Below are positions 48,819 through 57,896 of a stretch of DNA of 64,000 nucleotides, in pieces. Every line of letters begins with the position of its first letter. Position 1 is the first letter of the stretch. The stretch spans positions 7,274 to 71,273 of the forward strand of contig SIBU01000002.1 in the NCBI GenBank assembly GCA_009695005.1, written 5' to 3'. The DNA comes from Candidatus Tayloriibacteriota bacterium (GTDB lineage: Bacteria; Patescibacteriota; Minisyncoccia; Phycocordibacterales; SIBU01). The translations under genes and the position numbers were made by a program. The notes below the pieces were generated by a model. The model was not told where the DNA came from. It was given only the letters and a program-made list of their open reading frames with translations, and made no database searches.

Positions 48819-49766
48819 TTAATTTTTTACCTTTATCTCCTTTTGTGATTTTTGAAACCAATCGAAGGTTTCTCTTATACCTTCTTCTAATGTCTTTTTG
48901 TGGTGCCAGCCTAAGGCATGAATTTTGGAAACGTCTAATAGTTTCCTAGGTGAGCCGTCGGGTTTTGTCTTGTCCCATAAAATTTTACCTTTAAATCCAG
49001 TAATTTTTTTAACAAGTTCGGCCAGAGCTTTGATAGAAATATCTTCATTTGTCCCGACATTGATGATTTCGCTGTCGTTATAGTGCTTCATAAGAAAAAT
49101 TGCAGCATCGGCGAATTCATCGACGTGAAGAAATTCACGCTTTGCTTTGCCACTGCCCCATAAGGTTATTTCATTTTGATTATGCTTTTTTGCTTCATAA
49201 AATTTTCTGATGAGAGATGGTAGTACGTGGGAATGTTCAAGATCGAAATTATCATTTTGGCCGTAAAGACTGGTCGGCATTGCAGATATGAAATTGGTTC
49301 CGAATTCCTTGTTGTATGATTGACATGTGATAACTCCAGCAATTTTGGCGATGGCGTAGGCTTGATTTGTCGGTTCGAGTGGTCCTGAGAGTAGGTACTT
49401 TTCTTTTATGGGTTGTGGTGCTAGGCGTGGGTAGATACATGAACTACCAAGGAATAGTAATTTTTTAACACCATTTTTACGTGACTGTTCTAGGACATTA
49501 GCCTGGACCATCAGATTTTCATATATAAATTCGGCTGGAAAATCCTTGTTAGCCATGATCCCACCAACTTTAGCAGCAGCCAAAAAAACATAGTCAGGTT
49601 TTTCCTGAGCAAAAAAGTCTGTAACGGATTTTTGGTCAAGAAGGTCAAGTTCAGTTCTTGTTTTAAGAACAAGATTTCTGTAACCTTCATTTTGGAGTTT
49701 TCGAACGATGGCTGATCCTACCAACCCTCGATGACCAGCTATATAGATTTTATATTTTTTTTCCAT
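48819..49766 (-). CDS. fcl: GDP-L-fucose synthase, bacterial type
   Basis: AGHRGLVGSAI, AAAKVGGI, LGSSCIYP, LEPTNQAYAIAKIAG, SHVLP, REFLHVD. Confidence 0.93.
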   Translation of the reverse strand: MEKKYKIYIAGHRGLVGSAIVRKLQNEGYRNLVLKTRTELDLLDQKSVTDFFAQEKPDYVFLAAAKVGGIMANKDFPAEFIYENLMVQANVLEQSRKNGVKKLLFLGSSCIYPRLAPQPIKEKYLLSGPLEPTNQAYAIAKIAGVITCQSYNKEFGTNFISAMPTSLYGQNDNFDLEHSHVLPSLIRKFYEAKKHNQNEITLWGSGKAKREFLHVDEFADAAIFLMKHYNDSEIINVGTNEDISIKALAELVKKITGFKGKILWDKTKPDGSPRKLLDVSKIHALGWHHKKTLEEGIRETFDWFQKSQKEIKVKN

Positions 49767-49786
49767 TATTTTACTTGATAAGGGAA

Positions 49787-50890
49787 TTAAATATTTGATT
49801 CTGCTTTTTTAATTTTAGTCAGTATCAAATCATGAGCTACCATTTCCTTTATCAGTGTTTCAAAACTTATTTTTGGTTTCCAATCCAAAATATCTTCTGC
49901 CTTGCTTGCATCTCCAAGTAACGAATCCACTTCAACCGGCCTGAAGTATCGAGCGTCGATTTGTACGACTACTTTTCCCGTCTTTTTGTCCACACCTTGC
50001 TCTTTGATGCCTTTGCCTCTCCACTCAATTTTGATTCCTATTTCATTAAAGGCTAGTTCAACGCATTCTCTTACTGTGTGTTGCTTGCCAGTTGCGATCA
50101 CGTAATCGTTTGGTTCCGACTGCTGCAACATAAGATACATGGCTAGCACATAATCTTTGGCATGACCCCAATCGCGTTTGGCTTCCAGATTTCCTAAATA
50201 AAGTTTTTCTTGCAGGCCCAACTTGACGCGTGCAACCGCTTCGGTAATTTTTCTGGTGACGAATGTTTCTCCTCGTCGAGGTGATTCATGATTAAATAAA
50301 ATACCGTTGACCGCAAACATTCCGTAGGATTCTCTGTAATTCACTACTGAGTGGTAGGCAAAAACTTTAGCGGTGCCGTATGGGCTGGCTGGAGCAAAAA
50401 CAGTTTTCTCGTTTTGTGGTGGGGGAGTGGTGCCGAACATCTCCGATGAAGAGGCTTGATAAAATTTAATTTTTTTACCCGCATGCTCTTCGGTGTTTTT
50501 TACCGCTTCAAGTAGTCTAAGTACCCCTAACCCTGTTACGTCGGCTGTATATTCAGGCATATCGAAAGAAACTCTGACATGAGATTGAGCACCAAGATTG
50601 TAAACTTCATCCGGGTTTACTTTATAGAGAATTTTCTGGAGGTTGCTACCGTCAATTAAATCACCGTAATGAAGGAATAATCGTGTGTTTGGCAAGTGGG
50701 GATCTTGGTATAAATGTTCTATTCTGCCGGTATTGAAACTCGATGATCTTCGGATGATGCCGTGCACTTCGTAACCTTTTTCTAGTAACAGTTCTGCAAG
50801 GTAAGAACCGTCTTGGCCGGAGATACCCGTGATTAAAGCTTTTTTTCGTAAACCAGCGACTGTTGAGGTTTTTTTGGTTTCTTTTTTCAT
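49787..50890 (-). CDS. gmd: GDP-mannose 4,6-dehydratase
   Basis: [53 protein letters not shown]. Confidence 0.96.
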   Translation of the reverse strand: MKKETKKTSTVAGLRKKALITGISGQDGSYLAELLLEKGYEVHGIIRRSSSFNTGRIEHLYQDPHLPNTRLFLHYGDLIDGSNLQKILYKVNPDEVYNLGAQSHVRVSFDMPEYTADVTGLGVLRLLEAVKNTEEHAGKKIKFYQASSSEMFGTTPPPQNEKTVFAPASPYGTAKVFAYHSVVNYRESYGMFAVNGILFNHESPRRGETFVTRKITEAVARVKLGLQEKLYLGNLEAKRDWGHAKDYVLAMYLMLQQSEPNDYVIATGKQHTVRECVELAFNEIGIKIEWRGKGIKEQGVDKKTGKVVVQIDARYFRPVEVDSLLGDASKAEDILDWKPKISFETLIKEMVAHDLILTKIKKAESNI

Positions 50891-50947
50891 ATATGGTTTA
50901 TATAGTCAAATAGTATAACATTTTCTCTTTGGACAATGTTTTATATA

Positions 50948-51196
50948 TTACCATTTGTTGATTTTTCCGATTACTTTGCGTTTAATCTTTAGGTAAGATT
51001 TTTCCGCTTCCTTTTCCAGTTCCGGTGATAGTGCGCGAAGCAATTCCTTGCCAAGAATCCTGTATTGACCGCCAATTTTGTTTGCACGTATAAGCCCGCG
51101 TTTCAGAAGGCGCTTAACTGTGCTTTCGCTTATCCTTAATATTTTTTGGGTTTCTGCGGTTGTATACACAGCCCCTGGCTTGATTTCTTCATTCAT
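50948..51196 (-). CDS. Excisionase/BldC-like (HTH_17) small DNA-binding protein
   Basis: VYTTAETQKILRISESTVKRLLKRGLIRANKIGGQYRI. Confidence 0.8.
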   Translation of the reverse strand: MNEEIKPGAVYTTAETQKILRISESTVKRLLKRGLIRANKIGGQYRILGKELLRALSPELEKEAEKSYLKIKRKVIGKINKW

Positions 51197-51216
51197 TTAC
51201 GTATAATGTAGCAAAA

Positions 51217-51244
51217 GTGTCAAAAGGTGTCAAGTTGTATCAAA
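51217..51244. repeat. Three direct repeats at 10-bp period overlapping divergent promoters
   Basis: GTGTCA (51217), GTGTCA (51227), GTATCA (51237), each followed by A. Confidence 0.65.
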
Positions 51245-51270
51245 TGCGTATTGTATGTTATTCTATATAA

Positions 51271-51954
51271 ATGATAAATAATCTCAAAATAGTTGGACTG
51301 GTCCCTCTTAGAGGTGGGTCAAAGTCTATACCGTATAAGAACATAAAAACCTTGGCGGGTAAGCCTTTGTGCTACTGGGTTCTTAAGGCGGCTACTGATT
51401 CCAAGTACATAGATGAGGTTTGGGTTTCAACTGAGGATAAAAAAATTAAAGACACAGTTTTGTCGTTTGGTTTGGGTGTGAAAGTTATAGATAGACCAGC
51501 TGAATTAGCCCAAGATAACTCTTCAACTGAATCAGTTATGATGCATTTTGCTAAAGAAGTGTCTTTTGATATTTTGATTACAATTCAGGCCACTTCACCT
51601 TTGACTGAAAATCAAGATTTAGATTTGGCAATTGAACAGTTTGTCGAGGGAAAGATGGACAGTATGGTGTCGGGAGTGCAATTAAAACGTTTCTTCTGGA
51701 CTCATGAGGGTGTGCCACTGAATTATAATCCTTTGAAACGTCCCTTGAGGCAGGAGTGGAACGGTACCATTATGGAGAATGGAGCTTTTTATATTACAAA
51801 GAGAGAAATTCTAGACACTCTTAAAAATCGCCTTGGAGGTAAAATAGGGGTGTTTAAAATGCCTGAACATACCGCTGTGGAAATCGACGAGCCGGAAGAT
51901 TGGTTGTTTATTGAGAATCGACTTTCCGGTCATTTTAAAAAATCAAAGGCTTAA
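51271..51954 (+). CDS. neuA: Acylneuraminate cytidylyltransferase (CMP-nonulosonate synthetase)
   Basis: PLRGGSKSIPYKN, VSTED, RPAELA, QATSPL, RQ, ENGAFY, EIDEPED. Confidence 0.9.
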   Translation: MINNLKIVGLVPLRGGSKSIPYKNIKTLAGKPLCYWVLKAATDSKYIDEVWVSTEDKKIKDTVLSFGLGVKVIDRPAELAQDNSSTESVMMHFAKEVSFDILITIQATSPLTENQDLDLAIEQFVEGKMDSMVSGVQLKRFFWTHEGVPLNYNPLKRPLRQEWNGTIMENGAFYITKREILDTLKNRLGGKIGVFKMPEHTAVEIDEPEDWLFIENRLSGHFKKSKA

Positions 51955-52081
51955 TTTTTTTGGATTACATTTTGGTCGAAACTCTTAAATTAAGATTACG
52001 GAGTATTGTTTGGCTGTAGATTTTTTAGGTATACACTAATTTGTGTAGCTCTCATTTTATCTCTGTGCTATAGTTTTTGTC

Positions 52082-54406
52082 ATGGCTAATCAAAAAAATT
52101 CACGGAAGCAAAAAAAAGATGGTACTTCGGAAGAAGTGTCTCAGGTTTCTGTTACTCGTCAATCCAATGACATTGTTGACGTGGTGTTAAGGTCAATTAT
52201 TTTGTGTGGAATTTTTATTCTGCCGTTTCTTTGTCTTTTTGTTTCAAGTCATTTGTTTTTTCCTTTTATTACCGGAAAGAATTTTTCCTTTAGAATAATT
52301 GTAGAGATTATTGCTTGTCTGTGGATAATTTTGGCCCTCAGGGATCGTTCCGCTCTTCCGAAGTTTTCCAGAATTTTCCAGGCTTTTGGGGTTTTTGTGG
52401 CACTTATATTTATTTCCGATCTTTTAAGTCCAAATGTGAGTAAAAGTTTTTGGTCAAATTACGAGAGAATGGAAGGTTGGGTGACACTTGCTCATCTTTT
52501 TGTGCTGTTTGTGGTTTTGAGTTCTGTCATGACTAAAAAGGTTTGGGAGTGGTTGTTTAGAGTTTCTCTTTTTGTAAGTTTTATTATTTTTATTTACAGT
52601 TGTCGACAGCTTTTAGGTCAACTTGCTATACATCAAGGGGCTACACGCATTGACGCTACTATCGGTAATTCTGCATATCTTGGTGGATATATGCTATTCC
52701 ATGTTTTCTTCGCTTTGTATTTGCTTTCGGGGTATGCCAGAAGAAGTTACGAGACCTTTGAGTTTGAGGATTATTTTTGGATTATTTCTTACAGTGTTTT
52801 TGCGTTAGCGGATACTTTTATTCTTTATAAAACTGCAACCCGAGGCGCAACCATTGGTTTGGTAGCTGGAATAGTATGTGTGACAATAGGATTGGCGGTC
52901 TTCGAGAAGAAAAATAAAATATTACGCAGTGTCAGTATTGCAATTTTGGCTGTTATTGTTTTGGTGGGAGGTCTGTTTATTTTTCAAAGAAATTCAGATT
53001 TCGTTAAGAATCATGAGCCTCTTTTCCGTTTAGCCGCCTTTACCGATGATTTGTTAACTTTCGATACAAAGGCTATTTGTGAAGGTGAAATGAAATCACG
53101 TTGTTTGTTGTGGCCAGTGGCACTTAAGGGAGTGGGAGAAAGACCTCTTTTGGGTTGGGGACAAGAGAGTTTCAATTACGTCTTTAATAAATATTACGAC
53201 CCCTTGATGTTCCATCAAGAACAATGGTTTGATCGCACACACAATATTATTTTTGATTGGCTTATTGCAGGTGGAATTTTGGGACTTTTGGCCTATCTTT
53301 CAATTTTTGGTTTTACTTTTTATTACCTTTGGCGAAAGGGTAGCCCATTTTCTTTCTCAGAAAAAAGTTTGTTAACCGGATTGTTTGTTGGGTATTTTTT
53401 CCACAACCTTACTGTGTTCGACAACATAACCAGTTACATTCCTTTCATCATGGTTTTGGCCTATATTGATTCTTTTGTCGGTGTACCATCGCCTAAGGTT
53501 GAGGAGAAGGTTGGTGCTTTGGATAGTGGTTTGAAAAATCGTATGATTATTCCGCTTGTTTGTTTGGTTACGGTTTTCATACTTTATAAAGTTAACGCTC
53601 CTCCTATTTTGGCGGCCACTGAACTTATTCAAGCACTTTCGAATTTACAAGGTGGACCTGCTGTTAACTTGGCTCGTTTTGAAAAAGCCTTATCACACAG
53701 ATCATTTGGTGATCCCGAAATTCGTGAACAATTACTTCAAACGGCCACTCAAGCTTCCAACGCACCTAATCTTGATCAGAAAATTAAGGGCGAGTTCTTT
53801 AGTTTGGCGAGAAATGAAATGTTGCTTCAGCTCGAGCAGGCACCTAATGACGCAAGATATCAGTTGTTCAACGGCACATTCTTGATGGCTATAGGTGATT
53901 TGGATAATGCTATTTTGTATTTGAAAAAAGCGCAGGAACTTTCACCGAAAAAGCAGGCAATTCTTTTCTCTGTTGGTTCCGCTTATCTTTCTAAGAAGGA
54001 TTATCCGAATGCTGTGGCGACAATGAAAATTGCTTTTGACGGTGATCCAACCCTCAATGAGTCTCGTACTCTTTATGGATTGTCACTTATTTACGCCAAA
54101 CAACCGGAGCTTGCAGCCGAGGTGTTAAAACCCATTCCTCTTGATTCTGTTTTGGGCGATGAGCGATTTATAGTGGCATTTTACACAAGCGGATATTTTG
54201 AAAATGCTTTGCAGAGCGCGAATGCCTTGATCAAGAAGAATCCATCTAATGCGAATTATTATTTTATGCGTGCAGCTGTTCTTAATGGAACGGGTCGCAA
54301 AGCTGAAGCGATTGCTGATTTAAACAGAGGAGCGGAACTTAATCCTTCTGCCAAGGCTCAGGCTGATGATTACGTAAAACAAATTAAAGCAGGGAAGATG
54401 TTTTAG
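52082..54406 (+). CDS. O-antigen ligase (Wzy_C/WaaL-like) membrane protein with C-terminal TPR repeats
   Basis: SFWSNYERMEG, TIGNSAY, TATRGA, RPLLGWGQE, FDRTHN..D...GG. Helical TPR-like C-terminus. Confidence 0.85.
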   Translation: MANQKNSRKQKKDGTSEEVSQVSVTRQSNDIVDVVLRSIILCGIFILPFLCLFVSSHLFFPFITGKNFSFRIIVEIIACLWIILALRDRSALPKFSRIFQAFGVFVALIFISDLLSPNVSKSFWSNYERMEGWVTLAHLFVLFVVLSSVMTKKVWEWLFRVSLFVSFIIFIYSCRQLLGQLAIHQGATRIDATIGNSAYLGGYMLFHVFFALYLLSGYARRSYETFEFEDYFWIISYSVFALADTFILYKTATRGATIGLVAGIVCVTIGLAVFEKKNKILRSVSIAILAVIVLVGGLFIFQRNSDFVKNHEPLFRLAAFTDDLLTFDTKAICEGEMKSRCLLWPVALKGVGERPLLGWGQESFNYVFNKYYDPLMFHQEQWFDRTHNIIFDWLIAGGILGLLAYLSIFGFTFYYLWRKGSPFSFSEKSLLTGLFVGYFFHNLTVFDNITSYIPFIMVLAYIDSFVGVPSPKVEEKVGALDSGLKNRMIIPLVCLVTVFILYKVNAPPILAATELIQALSNLQGGPAVNLARFEKALSHRSFGDPEIREQLLQTATQASNAPNLDQKIKGEFFSLARNEMLLQLEQAPNDARYQLFNGTFLMAIGDLDNAILYLKKAQELSPKKQAILFSVGSAYLSKKDYPNAVATMKIAFDGDPTLNESRTLYGLSLIYAKQPELAAEVLKPIPLDSVLGDERFIVAFYTSGYFENALQSANALIKKNPSNANYYFMRAAVLNGTGRKAEAIADLNRGAELNPSAKAQADDYVKQIKAGKMF

Positions 54407-54430
54407 GTTGAAAAATTGAATTATTCTAAG

Positions 54431-54481
54431 AATCAAAAAAATCGAGCGCATGCTTGACTTTTTTGATTTCTATGCTACATT
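54431..54481 (+). promoter_or_regulatory. Inverted repeat (terminator or operator) overlapping the -35 of the 54554 promoter
   Basis: aatcaaaaaaatcgagc-gcat-gcttgacttttttgatt. TTGACT (54454)-N16-TACATT. Confidence 0.55.
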
Positions 54482-54553
54482 TTGGATAGTTCACCGTGGT
54501 CTTTGCCATGGGCGAAATAAAATCTAAAACAAATCTACGTAAAAGGAGGAGAC

Positions 54554-55615
54554 TTGTCTAAAAACATAATAGTAGTAACAAAAGACATTGCGGAATTTCT
54601 AATCTACTTTCTTCTCGTGTCTGCTTTGCGTGAAAGAGGTCACAATGTGACTGTGATCGCTGAGGGAATTTCACTCGATAAGTGGTTGGAAAAAGATGAG
54701 GCTGTTGCTCGTCATTTCTCCGGTTCCACGGAGTGTGAGTTCGAAATTTTTCTCGCTGGGCTAAAGCCGGATCTTGTTCTTACAGGTCTCGCTGATCCGA
54801 TTAATTGGGGGGAAAAGTTCGGACTAGCCGCTAACAAGTTGGGGATAAAGCTCGGTTACGTCATTGATGTTTGGGGCGCTGAGTCTCGGTCAACCGCAGT
54901 GCCGAATTTCATTTGCACTCTTGACAATTTTGCTAGAGAAAGAATCTTGAACTACCATCCCTTTGGAGCATCGATGCCCAAAGTTTACATTACGGGTTCA
55001 CCGGCAATGGATTCTTTGGCTAAGGTCAAGATTCCGACTGGGTTTCTTGGTAATCTTGCAAATTGCAACGAGCGTACTATTCTGTTTTGCGGGCAAAATA
55101 TCTTCTCTGCCTCAGCTCTCGAGGGTTTGATTCAGGCACTGAATGATTGTCAAAAAGAGATACCTTGCATTCTTATTCCGAGATTTCATCCGAAATTCAT
55201 GCAACGAGCTGATCATTGTGCACTTTGGAATGCCATTTTGGCAAAGGCCAAAGGGTATGTGCTTCACGTGCCAACATCAACCACATCGCAACAGTTGATG
55301 ATGTTGGCCGGACTTACGGTTAGTGTGTTTTCGAATGCATTAATCGAGGCGGCCGCCTTGGGGTCACTTCCTGTTAGTTGGAATTCAGAGAACGGTCGGA
55401 AAAATATGAGCTCTGTCTTTGGCGGTCTGACACGTTTCCCATTGGTGGATTGTGGGTGTGCTGTCGAAGTGGAAACTCCGGCAGATTTTATTAGTGTCCT
55501 CAGGATGGCCCCCGTGGATTTTCAGAATAGGATCCGTCGGTGTAAGGCAATGTATCGAGGTGATGGTAATAATACCCAGCGTGTAACAGAGGCCGTCACG
55601 GCTGAGCTTGCTTAG
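54554..55615 (+). CDS. Divergent GT-B-fold protein (UDP-GlcNAc 2-epimerase or capsule-transferase-like)
   Basis: LRERGHNV, PDLVLTG, VIDVW, ITGSPAMD, RFHPK, SNALIEAAALG, DGNNTQRV. AGGAGG SD before the TTG start. Confidence 0.55.
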   Translation: MSKNIIVVTKDIAEFLIYFLLVSALRERGHNVTVIAEGISLDKWLEKDEAVARHFSGSTECEFEIFLAGLKPDLVLTGLADPINWGEKFGLAANKLGIKLGYVIDVWGAESRSTAVPNFICTLDNFARERILNYHPFGASMPKVYITGSPAMDSLAKVKIPTGFLGNLANCNERTILFCGQNIFSASALEGLIQALNDCQKEIPCILIPRFHPKFMQRADHCALWNAILAKAKGYVLHVPTSTTSQQLMMLAGLTVSVFSNALIEAAALGSLPVSWNSENGRKNMSSVFGGLTRFPLVDCGCAVEVETPADFISVLRMAPVDFQNRIRRCKAMYRGDGNNTQRVTEAVTAELA

Positions 55616-55637
55616 TTGTTTTGCTGGTTTAAGTATC

Positions 55638-55671
55638 ACCTGTTCCAATTTCGGTTGGGGCAGGTTTTTTT
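55638..55671 (+). terminator. Intrinsic terminator with a UUCG loop
   Basis: acctgttccaat-ttcg-gttggggcaggt followed by a T run. Confidence 0.75.
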
Positions 55672-55866
55672 ATGTCGAGGAATTGCCTCGACAGAGAGTT
55701 CGTGTGGTGTAATTTCAAACCCGTCGTTTTAAAATTGCTCTGGAGTAGGGTAAATCTTTGGAGTATGATTAAGTTGTGTATTATTGTGAGTGATGGATGT
55801 CGTTGATTGCGATTATGCGATGTTGGTTTAGACTCGAGTTTTATAGGTTCTCTGTTTTGTAATTTT

Positions 55867-56904
55867 ATGGAAGAAAACGTACCACTATCGAAATATACAA
55901 CTTTTAAGATTGGCGGATCAGCCCGCTATTTTTTTCGTATAAGAAAAGTTGAAGATATAATTAGTACTATCGATTTTGCTAGGAAAGAAAATTTACCAAT
56001 TTTTGTTTTGGGCGGTGGTTCAAATTTGTTGGTAAATGACGATGGTTTCAGAGGGGTAATCGCAAAAAATGAGATTTTAGGATTGTCGTATGTGGATGTT
56101 TTGGGTGGAGTTGAGGTTGCATCTGGTTCGGGTGAATTGTGGGATGAATTCGTGGACGCTATGGTCAATCGGAATCTTTACGGTTTGGAAAATCTTTCAG
56201 GCATACCCGGTACTGTAGGGGCATCACCGGTTCAAAATATCGGAGCGTATGGTGTTGAGGTTAAGGATTTTGTTATTGCAGTCGAGACAATCGATATGAG
56301 AAGTGGGGCGGCTAGAATTTTTAGCAATTCAGAATGCCATTTTGGATACAGGGACAGTTTTTTTAAGACCCCTGAAGGAAAAAATTTTTTCATAATCAAG
56401 GTCACTTTTCTTTTGAAGAATAGTTCACCACTTAATCTCGAGTATAAGGATTTGAAAAATTATTTTTCCTTAGAGTCTCGAAAAAATATTGTTCCCACGC
56501 TTCAGCTTGTAAGGAGTGTCGTTTTGGAAATTCGTAAGGGAAAATTCCCTGATTTAAAAAACGTTGGTACTGCAGGGTCGTTTTTCAAAAATCCAATAAT
56601 TTCTAAAGAGAAATTTGAAGATTTAAGAAGGAAATTCCCAAACTTGCCGGGTTTCAAGATACCAAGCACTTCAGGTCAAGATTTGATGATTAAGATTCCC
56701 TTGGCTTGGATTCTTGATAATGTGTGTCATCTTAAGGGTTACGTGAAAGAAGGCGTTGGACTTTTTGAATTGCAACCGATTGTTTTGGTGAGTGCTGACG
56801 GAACCAGTTCATCTCAGGTTCGGTCTCTTGCTGTTGAAGTTTCCCGATGTGTCAAAGAAAAAGTAGGTATTGAGATCGAGTGGGAAGTGAATTATTTGTC
56901 GTGA
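55867..56904 (+). CDS. murB: UDP-N-acetylmuramate dehydrogenase
   Basis: TTFKIGG, LGGGSNLL, IPGTVGASPVQNIGAYG, YRDSFFK, AGSFFKNP, EWEV. Confidence 0.95.
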   Translation: MEENVPLSKYTTFKIGGSARYFFRIRKVEDIISTIDFARKENLPIFVLGGGSNLLVNDDGFRGVIAKNEILGLSYVDVLGGVEVASGSGELWDEFVDAMVNRNLYGLENLSGIPGTVGASPVQNIGAYGVEVKDFVIAVETIDMRSGAARIFSNSECHFGYRDSFFKTPEGKNFFIIKVTFLLKNSSPLNLEYKDLKNYFSLESRKNIVPTLQLVRSVVLEIRKGKFPDLKNVGTAGSFFKNPIISKEKFEDLRRKFPNLPGFKIPSTSGQDLMIKIPLAWILDNVCHLKGYVKEGVGLFELQPIVLVSADGTSSSQVRSLAVEVSRCVKEKVGIEIEWEVNYLS

Positions 56905-56974
56905 TTTTCATCTTGATTTTCCACAATAAAGTTTTTATGTTAATCTGACTTATAAGTTAAAATAAATAAAATAT

Positions 56975-57805
56975 ATGATATTTGTCTCAAATCTAAAAAA
57001 TAGTTTTTACAACCCTGTGTTTTATAGATCTTTGAAGGATAAGTCTCTGGGCTTTTCAATGAAATATTTTTTTTCATTTATAGTAATTTTGGCATTTATA
57101 GTCGCTTTTATTTTAGGAAGCGAGTTGGCTCCTCTATTTTCCGCGGAGAGTCTCAAAAAATTTGTAAGTTTTTATCCTAAGGAATTGTCACTTACCATCA
57201 AGAATGGGGTGGTTTCGAGCAATGTTTCGGAGCCGTATGTCCTCAAGGCGACATCTGTCAAAAAGGGCGAGCATAGTAATTATTTGGTAGTTGATACTAG
57301 TAGTGATTCATCTTTGGATACTTTTCGAAAATATGATACGGATGTTTTGATAGGACGAAATTTTATTGTTAGTGAAAAAGGGAAAAGTCAGATTCAAGTG
57401 ACTGATATCAGTCGTTTGCCTGATTTTACTTTTAATCAGGAATTATTGTTTCATTGGGCCGATGTCATAGGTAGTCATCATTTGGCGCTTTCGTTCGGCT
57501 TTTTCTTTATTCTATGGACTGCGTTTGTATTTTATTTTACTTTTAATTTGGTATGGTTGGCCGTTATGGCACTTATAGTTTTGTTGATTGGTAAGGTAAA
57601 GGCTGTTTCTTTGTCATATAGCCAGTCTTTAAAAATCACACTATTTGCTTCTACTTTGCCACTAATATTAAAATCAATTTTTGTTGTTGCTGCTATCTCT
57701 GCGCCATTTCCGCTATTTTTCAGTGTGCTGATTGTTGTTGTGGTTATTGCCAACATTAAAGCAGATGAGATTGAAATTTCTCATAATCCTTCTGAAGTTG
57801 CGTAA
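56975..57805 (+). CDS. DUF1189-like membrane protein
   Basis: SFYNPVFY..., MKYF, one TM, a soluble loop (LTIKNG), then four TMs with LSYSQSLKITLFASTLP. Confidence 0.6.
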   Translation: MIFVSNLKNSFYNPVFYRSLKDKSLGFSMKYFFSFIVILAFIVAFILGSELAPLFSAESLKKFVSFYPKELSLTIKNGVVSSNVSEPYVLKATSVKKGEHSNYLVVDTSSDSSLDTFRKYDTDVLIGRNFIVSEKGKSQIQVTDISRLPDFTFNQELLFHWADVIGSHHLALSFGFFFILWTAFVFYFTFNLVWLAVMALIVLLIGKVKAVSLSYSQSLKITLFASTLPLILKSIFVVAAISAPFPLFFSVLIVVVVIANIKADEIEISHNPSEVA

Positions 57806-57823
57806 AGCGTTTGGAAGAAAATT

Positions 57824-57853
57824 GAAAACGGCGCGCCTTGGCGCGCCGTTTTC
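57824..57853. terminator. Perfect GC-rich hairpin, probable terminator
   Basis: gaaaacggcgcgcc-tt-ggcgcgccgttttc. Confidence 0.7.
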
Positions 57854-57896
57854 GTCGAATACCTGTCAATTTGATGTTTTATGTTAATATATGACG

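Noticed and set aside
50948-51196. Excisionase as evidence of a prophage or ICE
   Set aside because: No integrase, att repeats, tRNA or phage genes in the window. The context fits a regulator.
16700-55671. Stand-alone cassettes as integron cassettes
   Set aside because: The flanking hairpins look like ordinary terminators without clear attC RYYYAAC/GTTRRRY ends. The cassettes carry their own promoters and there is no intI.
55700-55725. tRNA-like GTGGTGTAAT
   Set aside because: No acceptor, anticodon or T arm could be formed.
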